64,000 nt of DNA. Origin: Hormiphora californensis (lineage: Eukaryota > Animalia > Ctenophora). Both the position numbers and the translations under genes were made by a program. Position 1 is the stretch's first letter. Each line of letters opens with the position of its first letter. Positions 11,501 through 21,520 of this stretch are shown piece by piece. Location: assembly GCA_020137815.1 (NCBI GenBank), contig CM035355.1, forward strand, positions 2,046,001 to 2,110,000, written 5' to 3'. The notes under the pieces are model-generated. The model made no database searches. It saw nothing but the letters and a program-made list of their open reading frames with translations, and was not told where the DNA came from.

Positions 11501-14500
11501 CATCTAGGTGTGAGGCTACATGGGGCGAGCTCCCCTGTTTCCTACATTCCTATGTTCTAGGTGATACTGTCTTGGATAATGTCACTGTTCAGAGAGATCT
11601 GGGTGTTATTGTCAATAACCATCTCACTTGGAATAATCACACTGATTACATTCTCGATAGATTTACTGATAGATTCAACCTTGTTCGTAGAACCACCCAC
11701 TTTGTCAAGAACCCTCACCAGCGCCGTGTTCTTTATCTGACTTTGGTTCGATCTCTTTTGGAGCATTGCTCATCGGTCTGGGCCCCTCACACTGTGGGAG
11801 TTCTTGACTGCCTTGAGGCTGCCCAGAAGAGAGCAATCAAGTGGATACATTGTGTCTCTCACCTCACTAGCTGGAGCAATGAGGTTTACCTCAGCCACCT
11901 CTCTACTCTTAACATCCTCCCTATTCACCTTCAATTCAAGTGTAATGATATGAAGCTTCTTTACAAGGTTATGACTGGTCTAGTCCCAGTCACTCTCCCT
12001 AGTTACCTCTACATTAAGTCACCTCTTGATGTGGCTTATCCCACTAGATCTAACAGGGACATCATTGATAACACCGACTTCACTACTTTATGTTGTTCCA
12101 TTAGAGCTACCAGTTCTGCTTTTCGTAACAGTTTCTTTTATCGTTCCTTTTCCTACTGGAATACTCTCCCTAGTGATGTCAGGCAATCACCTACTTATTC
12201 TACTTTCTGTTTTAGACTCAAGAAGCACTTATTTTCCCTATTTTCTACCCAACATCCCTCCCCTTAACCCCTTTCTCAGGCTTCCTGTATTGCCCAACCA
12301 GCAACAGTATGTCAGTGCAGCGGCGAAGCCTGTTTCCTCCTCCTCATCCTCCTCCACTGGGCCGGCCCTACTTCGTCTTTATTGCAGTGCGATGGTTGCA
12401 GAGAAGGACAATTTTAATATGAACACTCGTGCTAATAATCTGTGTTATCTTACCCATTTTCTCTCTTTTGTGCGAGTATTTCTCTAATTTACTTACACCT
12501 ATTTAAGTATTTTTAACCTAATGCATTGGTTTTTACCCTATTTAACATTGATACTTTTGTGGTGTGTGATCCATATTTATCTGTATATTGAGCATATTTA
12601 AAATTTATGTGTGTGTTACGTATGTATGTATGCGAGTATGTGTGTACGTGTGTGTGTTGTGTGTGTTTGTTTGTCTGTGAGTGTATGTGTGTGCCTACTG
12701 CCTAGCGTTATCCCTATACTTTTAGAATAAACCTTATGATGTGGAGATTTTAGTGCTTGTCAGTTGGATTTTTTTAATCTATTTTATTATAGTATGGAAC
12801 TGTGTTGGGTGTGACCTGTCATGGTGGCGTACAAGCCACGTTGGTTGAGCCCTGAGCCGGAGGACGACAGATATTTGACGAACTATTTGCTTTTATAATT
12901 TTCGGTTTAAATGTTTTTCCCGATAAAAAAAAGTATTGTGATGAGTGTAGGAAGGTCTTTGAATTGTGTAGTTTCGGATTGGACAATTGAGTTTTTAAAT
13001 AATGAACTTAATTTTAATAGTGTTTTATTTTCGGAGGACGGAGTACATCTCAACAGTAATGGGTACAATGTGTTAAATGAGATTATGTATGAGGAGTTAG
13101 TTTTTAACTGATATCTTGATTTATAATATGAAATTTAATGATAACAATTCTCTGGGGTTTGGGGGCCGAGTTTTCATCATTGTCCCCCAATTTCCCCATT
13201 TGTTAACCCATTCCTGAACCCTAAACCCATTCCCATTCAATGATCAGTGTCGAACAATACAGAAAAGCTATTGGGGGTTTTACGGGGGGTCTGGCTGGGG
13301 GGAAAAGGATAAAAATTGACAACACCGACAATAACAAAAGACAATACAATGAAACGACAGACATACTAATCTATCATTTCCTCATATATATTTGTTACAC
13401 AATTCTAATGATAGCTCTTTTAGGAATAATGCTCAGGAGTACCCCTCCACCCGTCAAGTTCAGAAAAGAAGGCCAACTTGTGTCTTTTGATCTAAACTCA
13501 TCATATATTTGGTATGCTAATTGTGTCCTATTCCTCTTCTTAGTCAAAGGTATGAGATATAGTAAGTATGCATATCGATGTTATAAAAAGTTTAGGATTG
13601 CAGGCATTAATTTGTTCAAAGTCAGATGCAGATATACTATACTTGTTATGTTTGTTATGTCGTTAGCGAAAATGCTACTACTGAGAAGCCATCCTGACAT
13701 CATTAATCCAGGGCCTGATAAAAAGCTGAACTTAGTGTATTGTAATGTTAACGGTCTGATAAAGATGCACACAATAGGTGGGGATCAGCCTGAATTTCAG
13801 GCCTCTAAACTTAGGGATCTAAAAGCATACTTATTCACCTACTCGCCCGATATCGTTGTTTTAAATGAAACTTGGCTGAATAAATATATTAGTGAAGGGG
13901 AACTTATATCAGATAAATATTACTCTATATTTAGAAAAGACCGCACTGAGAAGGATATGAAAACTTTTAGTAAAAAAGGAGGTGGAGGAGTTTTAATACT
14001 ATGTAAAAACAATATTGGAGTTGAGACAGAGTTAGTTAAAACGAAGACCGATTTACCAATAGTTACTATTCTTCTAAAGCATAAAAATATAGCACCCGTT
14101 TGTATCTCGACATTTTATAGATATGATTATTCTGGATCGGAACACTTCAAAGAGGCGGAACGTTACTATACTAATCTTGCCAAGAAGTTTAAGAATCTCA
14201 CTATTATAGGGGATCTAAACCTACGTTCGGTGGATAACTGGGACGTCCCAGTGTCAAATAATAGTACTCATGAGAGTTTTATCAATTTATTTTTATCTCT
14301 AGGCCTAAAATCTCTAGTTAATGTACCAACGCATAGGGATGGAAATATTCTCGACTTAATACTTACTAACATAGAAACTACTTATTCTAATGTTTTGCTC
14401 GAAGAGAATAGTCTTGTAAAGTCGGACCATCTTACACTAAAATGTGAGATAAATTTCAAAAAATCACGCCCTAAGTATAAAAATTGTAAGAAATTCTCCT

Positions 14501-17500
14501 ATAGAAAAGCTGATTGGGACTCTCTAAATGAAGAGCTTTTAGGAATTGATTGGTTAGGACAGTTCAAGGATCTGTCAGCAGAGCAGTCCCTACAAGTCTT
14601 TAAGTCTAGGTTAGACATTGCACTACGTCATAATGTACCATTAGTCAATGTAAAAATTGGATCACAGCCACCTTGGTATGATGAAGAACTACGCCAACTT
14701 AAGAAATCGTTCGATAACTCTAGAAAAGCCTTCTTGAAAAATATAGATAGTATTGTTGCTAAAGAGGAATACGAACTCAAAGAACATCAATACAGAACAC
14801 TAGCAATAGAGAAAGAAACATCCTTTCTCGAGCTTTCCTCTATAGATGAACTTACACCAAATGCTAATGTATCAAAGAAATTTTTCAAACACGTAAAGTC
14901 CAAAACTAAATTCCTGAGAGAGTGTACTTTAATAATAAATTTAGCTCTTCGAGTCGTCGTAAATGTGAAATGTTCAATGAATTTTTCTGTAATCAATTCA
15001 CTGAATCTAGCACTTACAAAGAAACTGTTGATATTGATAGAGATCACACTAATGATTTTAACTCTGAGATATTTAGATTTGATGAGATTCTAAAGATTCT
15101 AAAAAAGTTGGATGCGTCAAAAGCAACAGGTCCAGATAATATTGACGGTGTTGTACTTAAGAAATGTCATAAATCCCTAGCTTATCCACTCACCCTTATA
15201 TTTAATAAATCATACTCAGAGGGATGTATACCAATAGAATGGAAAACCGCGAACGTTGTCCCAGTTTACAAGAAAGGGGAACGATCATGCGTTGAGAATT
15301 ATAGGCCTATTTCCCTGACTTGCCTTATTATGAAAGTTTTTGAGAAATTAGTAAGAGAACGCCTGTATAAAGCCTGTCTAGAAAAAATAACTCCCTACCA
15401 GCATGGTTTTGTACCCTTGAAATCATGTACGTCACAACTGATTGAGTTTAATTGTGAATTAGCGTTGAACATAAATAACCGAAATCAAACTGATATAGTT
15501 TACTTTGACTTTCAGAAAGCATTTGATAGTGTATCTCATGATGTAATAATAAATAAGCTGAAAAATGAGTTTAATTTAGGAGGTAAGATGTTGCGTTTCC
15601 TAATGAATTATTTATCTGGTAGGCAACAGAGGGTTGTGTTAGATGGGGATTTTTCAGAATGGGTAGATGTTAGGAGTGGAGTTCCACAAGGATCAATTCT
15701 AGGCCCTTTCTTGTTTGTGTTATTCATAAATGATATTGTTAATGTCTTAAGAGAAGATGATCTAACTAAAATTAGGCTATATGCAGATGATCTGAAAATT
15801 TGGCGGGTTATAAATAGTGAAGAAGATAGTTTGCAGCCCGACATCGATAGTTTAGTGGAATGGGCAAAGGATAATAAAATGATATTCCATCCTAAAAAGT
15901 GTAAGCTGCTTAGGTGTACTAAAATTATTAAACAACGTCAATTAAATTATCACCTAGGCAGAGATGAAATAAAATTATGTGAAAATGAAGTTGATCTAGG
16001 AGTCTCAACTAATCACAAGTTGTCGCCAATCGAACACCAGAAAAATGTTGTTTCCAAAGCTTCTCAAAGATTAGGACTGGTGAAGCGTGTAGGCGTATTA
16101 GTTAAATGTCCCCTTAAAAAGAAGAACCTCTACATTAGTCTAGTTAGATCTTTGTTCGAACACTGTAGCCAAATATGGCGTCCACAAAGTGAGTCAAGTC
16201 TGCTTAAGTTTGAACGACTCCAGAAACGTGCCACAAAATGGATATTCGGTGAAACAGATACCAGTTATAGTTTAGATACGTATATAAAGAAACTCAGGGA
16301 GATTGACGTACTCCCAATGACTCAAAAATTTCAATATAATGATCTTAAATTGTTCCATAAAATATTCTATGAGACGTCTCCTATAAAACTCCCATCTTTC
16401 CTACAAAAATACAAACCGGAATTACATGATAGACGTGCCACCAGACAACAAACAAAACGAGACAGTACGGACATTATATGTACCGAACAACCCAGAGTAG
16501 ACCTGTTCAAAAACTGTTACTTTTATCGCTGCCACCTTGAGTGGAACTTACTTCCTAAAGAACTGAGAAATACAGCTGAACACCATTTATTTTCCTCTAG
16601 ACTGAAAGACCATCTCTGGAAAGCCTTACACGACATAACTTAATTCGCTGCTGTGGTGTGGGCCCCTTTCTCTTCTTTTATCTTTACAGTAACTGTCCTT
16701 CTTCCGCACATAGCTTACATTGTACTCAAATTGAAGGTTTGGAGTGGTGTTGAACAGTTTGAAACAAGATGGTGGACCCGCACCACAGATGTGAATTATA
16801 ACTGATCTTAACATCTACCCAACAGTCGACTTGACGTTAAATTCGGGGTATGGTTCATGGGGGAGGGAGGTAGGGGATTGGGAATCAAGGGTAAGTATCA
16901 AGTATAATTGTTATTATTAATGAGTGAAATAAATTTAGCTTACAACTAGTATAAGAGTGTGTTTTAGCCTTATAGCTACTTTTTTTAGATATTTTTAAAT
17001 GAGGTTTTTAAGACGTAAGCACTCGCGCCTTAGGCTGCTAAACTATTAGTAAGAGTCAGTCGGGTATTTATTTAATGTGCAATTTGTACGTTTATATAAT
17101 ATCTTTTCAAATCAAATCAAGTACCATTTCGAGCTTTTCCGATTTTCTTTAGTACCACATTGGGCGATTCAATGTTTCGAAAGCAACTGCCAAATGCTCC
17201 GCTATTAAGATATTTCCAGTATCCCCACTGACCCCTTGTTTCCTATGAAAAACAAGTTAACAACGAATTATGATTAATAAATCAACTGGAAATTTTTTTG
17301 AGATCTGATCAAGTGAAAGTCACATCGTGAACGGTGAACCCAAATTTGATTTTATGCTTTCGTTACCTGGTTACGCATATGGGGTGTACATTCTACTATC
17401 GATGCAAGTGAACAAGCGTCTTCAATCATTTCTCTGGTCAAAGTAAACTCCATATCTGCAATCGGTATATCTCTGTCCATGGTAATGACTCGTTGACTAA

Positions 17501-19310
17501 ACTCCTCTATTTCCTTGAAACCTCTGTAGATTTTCTGAATAATTAGAATTACCTGATCATATCATCTACGTTACCCATCAAACTTGTTATGTTCTAACCC
17601 TAATCTACATAACGGGGCGTGAGGAGAGAGAGAGGGTCGAACAAGGCAACCATCAAACACCCATATTACTTACCATACACAGAATTTTGTACAATGCAGT
17701 CAGTTCTTTTTTCATCCGATTTTCACCACCATTCGTCCGTTCATCCCTGGTGTTAGCGAGGGATTCCATCGTCGACTGATTTCGATCGTCACTAGAGTTC
17801 CATTCAGCCACCACATTCCTTAGACCTTCCGATGTCAGCTCCCTGGTAAGAACTTGCTCCTGGAGGCGCATCAAAAGACTCTCATCCAGGGGATTTAAAG
17901 GGCCTAAAAATAATAAAAATAATAATAAGGTAAATCGGGGTCTGACTGTACATCTTTGACTTGGGTCAGGTGCGTTTCCCATATAAAGGGCTTACCGTTC
18001 CCATCTAACGCAGCCATGAGAAAGTCCATCGCGTCGTAGAAATCAGTCGAAGACTGCCCGCTCGGTGTTGGATTGATGCGCCCCAGCTCATTCAAGTCGA
18101 TTGAGAACCATGTACCAGATTGCGGTAATGTGGATTGAATATGGTATCGCTCCTCGATATCATCGTAACGCATGTAAATACAGGTTTCACGTTCCATCAT
18201 GTAGGCTCCACTTAACAAATCTACCGACATGATCTATCATGAGCTAAGGACTAGGGAGATTGGGTTAAGAACACAATTTGAGAAAAAGGACTTCTATTCC
18301 CATACCAAAATCTGACAAACTAGATTATAAACACGTCTTAAAAATAAAGGGCATGAAAATTCTTTACTGTACTGATTGTACAAAACCACAAAGTAAAAAC
18401 TAGGGAACATAATCTTTGCGTGATTTCTCCAGTTTAAACTTGACACCATCCCTCCAAAGACTGTCCCTCATTTCTACCCATGGGTTCGCCTCAGCAGACA
18501 CAAGCTTGGGCACGTACAGGGGAACACGTGCGTTCTTAAATCGGTTAACAGATGTTAAATACACCAGCTGTGCAGCTGCCTTCACCACCCACTCAGTGCG
18601 CAGCATTATTTCACCAAGTTCCTCATGGCTGGGTTCCAGTCCGCCATCCTCCTCCTCCTCATCTGGTGAGCCATCACACCAAGCATCCTCAACCTCTAAC
18701 AGTTTCAAACGATCCTGCTGGGTCCTAACACCTGTAGGATAGTTGTTGTTGTAGGGTGCATTGGAGAAATATTGATCATGGGGTGCGGGGGAGGAGGATG
18801 TGGTTGGTGGTTGATGGTGGTGGCGGGAGGGGGGTCAAAGATCATACCGAGTGTTTGTGTTGACCATGGCTTGCTTGATAAATCCACGAATACATTCTCC
18901 ACATCTTTCAACCACAGCTTCCCTCCAAATGGGGATGAGTCCCGGGAACTCAGATGAACCAACGTACGATTCTGAAACACAACGTACGATTCTGAAACAC
19001 AACTGCTACCTTTGATCTACCGAAGCTTCACAGAGCGGTGTGAGCCACACATTGATCATGACATTTGGACCGTGTCAACTAAACTATGCCTGTCGTGTGG
19101 AAGGAACATGAAGGAAGACAACATACTATAATACCAGGGCCTTCCACTTGGCCGAGGAAAGTCTCTCCGTTACCCACCCTACAAACCTTTGTATCTTGTC
19201 GAAGAATGGAGCCCTGTTTGGAAAACAGCCCAAAGGTCGTCCCTAGAATGTAACCATGGTCCCAATCCTCTGATCCAACTCCGTTTACCTCTCCTCCACT
19301 TACAAACCTG
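5581..19310 (-). CDS. Protein kinase with a long N-terminal region; kinase domain split by a 10.8-kb TE-filled intron (6354-17124)
   Basis: Exon 17242-17125 encodes the Gly loop and VAIK-type lysine (YLNSGAFGSCF..VVLKK). It splices in phase (AATG|gt...ag|AC = N-D) to exon 6353-5581, which carries IKEA, HRDIRKDN, DFG, WASPE and SDVW. Further upstream exons are 17534-17367, ~18233-17674 and ~18.4-19.3 kb. The 5' end is approximate. Confidence 0.8.
6570..7866 (+). CDS. LINE A ORF1, 5' part: AlkB/2OG-Fe(II) dioxygenase, Pro-rich linker and N-half of an SGNH hydrolase (+1 frameshift near 7715)
   Basis: AlkB motifs are FNSCLVTRY..GYHSDFE, GCQEHFKH and RYALSFR. SGNH motifs are block I LLLGTSM, block II ISGA and block III AFGTNDI. 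Confidence 0.85.
7866..7962 (+). repeat. 19-bp tandem repeat (TTCTCTGCTCTCTACTCAG) x~5 at the LINE B 5' end
   Basis: Read directly from the sequence. Confidence 0.9.
8070..8834 (+). CDS. LINE B ORF1: coiled-coil plus RRM-like (L1 ORF1/Tnp_22-type) nucleic-acid chaperone
   Basis: A heptad coiled coil is followed by RQEAYSGRNTIIVAGLPE and DIGIAHRNG, typical LINE ORF1 motifs. Confidence 0.8.
   Translation: MSGSDSKRPIRNPQSKSPISDLFLPGAPPITTKKQLQSKFSNLDLYDVFLAVLINHQASTTLVAELSNKVVELEEQIDDLKEDMVDLKTKSRDLDDRLLRQEAYSGRNTIIVAGLPEDDSETPDSLEDNLVDMLKKSDPTITRQDIGIAHRNGKTKKPGSAGRSITCVLTRASRKDTLMRKDSRSKLKTNHEVILFHRLSEGLRRRKKDLEELACVKWVAFSGHRLFTVCVKKDDGKDNFIKNVLRTEDVTEQN
9010..12267 (+). CDS. LINE B ORF2: AP-like endonuclease plus reverse transcriptase, intact (1085 aa)
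   Basis: APE motifs are YNNVQG, LNETWL, GDFN, LDL and SDH. RT motifs are NYRPISL, QHGF, DFSKAFD, GVPQGSILGP, YADD and RDLGV. Confidence 0.95.
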   Translation: MTFDMFNLTWSIISYFALLTPAIPLPPLHDMNFVWVDTCEEEMRRRRRFCCCCCCCCWFYWAQVSSTTIPPTPISLSNLNILLLVICNCSILNPGPRGLKVIYNNVQGLVSPGHLDSVSPPLNMTKVFEIQDFVYGNSADIIILNETWLKPKISSELIFPTNYKVFRLDRSGHTHPRDPSNPTRFRENGGGVLIAHRENISISSFKFSKPNVKAELLTIFLSLSNGKKLCFSTFYRVGTLGDDNFAEFKQHFDCLFSARNISKHVLIGDFNFSHVNWPASLPRNRVEELFLSYLLDDLGHSQLINSSTHSKGRTLDLCFTNDPACVTDIDILDQHSLCYSDHFPISILIDVDVGPIRQARRNIRIYDKGDYESFNSDLSFIDWVTEFSGDIDYNVNRFNIIVTTLIDKYIPIKSVKPILLPIWYNHECESARVRKENLRKRWKNSSSETDLDNFKAARKHFKNVCESSARLYCDVDDHDVVSRKFWRQVKVTSKSTRIPPTVNNGTVFRSVLEEQADLFNEQFASNFSEASTYDIDTDSTDSSIDCDFSASSVYQVLSKLNARKGPGPDNIHSIVFKRCAGSLAFPLSLLFEQAYSGGGLPAIWKTANVVPVHKSGDKRDVRNYRPISLTCIASKVYERIVTSRLLDHCYDMIDSRQHGFLPGRSCLTQLISVYDDLALNDNDKRTSDLILFDFSKAFDSVNHDLLLSKLQLNFGITGKMLSFIRNYLIGRSQRVVIGGKISSNLSVLSGVPQGSILGPLLFILFINDITECVSGECKIALYADDLKLWSRINGMQDHTDMQISVDNLYKWSNINKMKFHPSKCKVISTSSSRCEATWGELPCFLHSYVLGDTVLDNVTVQRDLGVIVNNHLTWNNHTDYILDRFTDRFNLVRRTTHFVKNPHQRRVLYLTLVRSLLEHCSSVWAPHTVGVLDCLEAAQKRAIKWIHCVSHLTSWSNEVYLSHLSTLNILPIHLQFKCNDMKLLYKVMTGLVPVTLPSYLYIKSPLDVAYPTRSNRDIIDNTDFTTLCCSIRATSSAFRNSFFYRSFSYWNTLPSDVRQSPTYSTFCFRLKKHLFSLFSTQHPSP
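12935..13111 (+). CDS. LINE A ORF1, 3' part: C-terminal half of the SGNH hydrolase
   Basis: LFSEDGVHLNSNGY is SGNH block V (DxxH). It is in frame with the codon ending at 7866. Confidence 0.85.
   Translation: MVMSVGRSLNCVVSDWTIEFLNNELNFNSVLFSEDGVHLNSNGYNVLNEIMYEELVFN
13240..16643 (+). CDS. LINE A ORF2: hydrophobic leader, APE and RT (one 1-nt frameshift near 14910)
   Basis: The leader starts MISVEQYRKAIGGF and ends in NPGP. APE motifs are YCNVNG, LNETWL, GDLN and SDH. RT motifs are NYRPISL, DFQKAFD, GVPQGSILGP and YADD. One extra A in the run at ~14908 would restore KTKIPERVY. Confidence 0.92.
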
Positions 19311-19722
19311 AAGTGTGAGACTTTTTAATCGAACATCCCAGTGCTAACATTTTTAACACCCTGTACACGATTCTAACCTTCATAAAAGAGAAAGACTAAT
19401 ATAACGCAGCCCTAAGTTGCTCTGTTTCGGAATTCTCAGTGTGGGATGCGTCATGCTTGAATTATCCGAAATAGTTCTGACTAAAATATTCGACCCCAAA
19501 TTGGTCTCTAGATATAGGGAGCCGGTAGTTCAGGTGAATGAATTAGTTTGTATTACCTAGACAATGAATTAGATAAGGTCGGATATTGTTGCATGGTACG
19601 CCGCTTTCTACAAATTTGGGGTAACATGTTGCTTTGATCACACATTCTGATCAATATGATACGTGACATGATACGTGAAGTATAATCACTAATACCACCA
19701 TTATGTCATAAAAGTGCCAGGA

Positions 19723-19826
19723 GGACCTCGATTTACCGGGATGCTCGGGATAAAGCGTTTTGCCCAGTAAGTCAGGGTGCCCTGTATTAATATGGGTGAT
19801 ATACCGGTAAATCGGGGTCCGACTGA
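19723..19826. mobile_element. Partial pogo/Tc1-like MITE (same family as 21737 and 52763)
   Basis: Shares CGATTTACCGG subterminal repeats and the end CCGGTAAATCGGGGTCCGACTG. Confidence 0.6.
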
Positions 19827-19922
19827 TTTATATATGTAAACCCCATCTGCAGTGGTGAAGTAATTTTGGTAGTGTGAGCAAATCAACAATATTAAATATC
19901 GGACCACTGTTTTATTTGAATA

Positions 19923-21016
19923 ATGATGTTACGAATTTTGTTGGTAGTTCTACTGGTGGCGATCACTACATGTAAGAAGAAGGAGGGTATAAGTAAGTCG
20001 GGATTTACCGTCTATTTGTCACAGAAGCAGTCTGACACACAATTAACAGACTGGTTTGCTATCAAGCACGATTATATGAATATTTCACCTTCCTCGGTGG
20101 CTATTTTCTTTTTATCCCATGACAACACGTGGCAACGAACACCGGCTGTTTTTTCTCATGAGGTCTCCAGTAGGATATACTTTATAAAGAACCTGATTGG
20201 GATAGAGATGATGCCCAACAAAAGCAGTTGTGATGACAAGTACTCTAAAGAGGAGAAAGTGTTCCGGAACAAGGATCTCAACGTTGCCGACCAAAAGATT
20301 TCATTGTGCTATCTCGTTACTGTGACCAATGGGCAACATTCAGCGGGGAAAGTTGTCCCGGATGGGTGTAACGTAAAAAAGAGTTGGGTTCCTGACTATC
20401 CAGTGGAAAAACAAGTCCGAGAGGTAGAACTCATCCCACAGGGAGAACTCATTCCAGAGGGAGAACTGACGCAAGAAGATGAACTGGCGAAGGAAAAACA
20501 ACAGCTGCTAATGGAAGAATCAAGAATTTCTAAACAGTCTACAAAAAACACATTCCAGCTGAGCATTCACAACTTTCAAACCTCTATATTTCATGGTTTT
20601 CTCAGGGCTTTTGTTTGCAAAGTGATAGTGAGACAGTATGGAAATGCTGTTGATTTGAGCAGTGTTGATCTTGGTAAGTTAAAGACAACAAATAATACAG
20701 ATACTAACGAAATATATTCAATTTATAGTCCTTGTCTCTCCATTCACTTCCTAATTCCCAGTCCCCTATCTTCCTACATCTTCCTATACATCCTAGGTCA
20801 TAAACTCTTTCAGGCGAGCAAGTGCAGCTGTGGTATCAAACAACAAGTGGCAGCTGGATCCCACTTTGGAACATGAATCATCACTCATACAACAGCCCAA
20901 AAAACATCTACACTAGTGTGGTAACTATCTTCAGTGTTCCAAGCAACTGCCATGTCTTCAAGTGTGTGGCGAGTGTTAATGGCCATCAAGTTCAATCTCA
21001 ACCACAGCCTTGTTAA
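19923..21016 (+). CDS. Putative secreted protein, possibly Ig-like at the C-terminus (2 exons; probable frameshift near 20820)
   Basis: The N-terminus MMLRILLVVLLVAITTC resembles a signal peptide. There is an intron at ~20674-20796 (GTAAG...CTAG). The last exon has W...FKCVASVNG, an Ig-like pattern. Confidence 0.5.
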
Positions 21017-21520
21017 CGATGAAATGAAAACACAACTTTGATGTCCACTGTACAGATGTCTTTTTGATACCAAATTACTTTTGTTGTAAATGATAAAGTA
21101 CGATCACAAAAAAACTATCCCAGTCCTCGAAACTGTCCAGAAAAGTAAGACAATTTTTAGTGCTTATTAGAATTTGTTAGTCAATTTTTAGTGCTTTAAA
21201 TTAAAATAAGTTAGTCAATTTTTAGTGTTCATTATCCAGTTTTTCAAATTTATAATTTCCCCAAAATGTGTGTGACTTTTACTATGAACATTCAACCAGC
21301 ACCCTGTCTACTACTTATTTAGTACGATTGGGCCATCAAATAACCAATAGGTCGATATACCCCGTTCAACCACAATCCCACACACAGCTGAACAGGGTGG
21401 TACCTAAAACCCTCGGGGAAAAACTTGGTGGTTAGGGTGTCTAGTTAGATTTAGAAGTTTGTATCCTGGTAGAGTGCTCGATCTGGGGATGCGGAGAGCT
21501 GAACTATTGTGGTTAGGGTG

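Larger units (their letters stand above)
7867..12932 (+). mobile_element. LINE B: apparently full-length CR1/L2-group non-LTR retrotransposon nested in LINE A ORF1
   Basis: It has a 5' 19-bp tandem repeat, ORF1, an intact ORF2, a GT-rich 3' UTR and a short poly(A). Removing it rejoins LINE A ORF1 in frame (FNR|IVMS), with GT at both junctions. Confidence 0.9.
6400..17120 (+). mobile_element. LINE A: CR1/L2-group non-LTR retrotransposon, antisense in the kinase intron and interrupted by LINE B
   Basis: ORF1 has AlkB and SGNH domains, ORF2 has APE and RT domains, and the 3' tail is TTTCAAATCAAATCAA. The 5' boundary is approximate. Confidence 0.88.
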
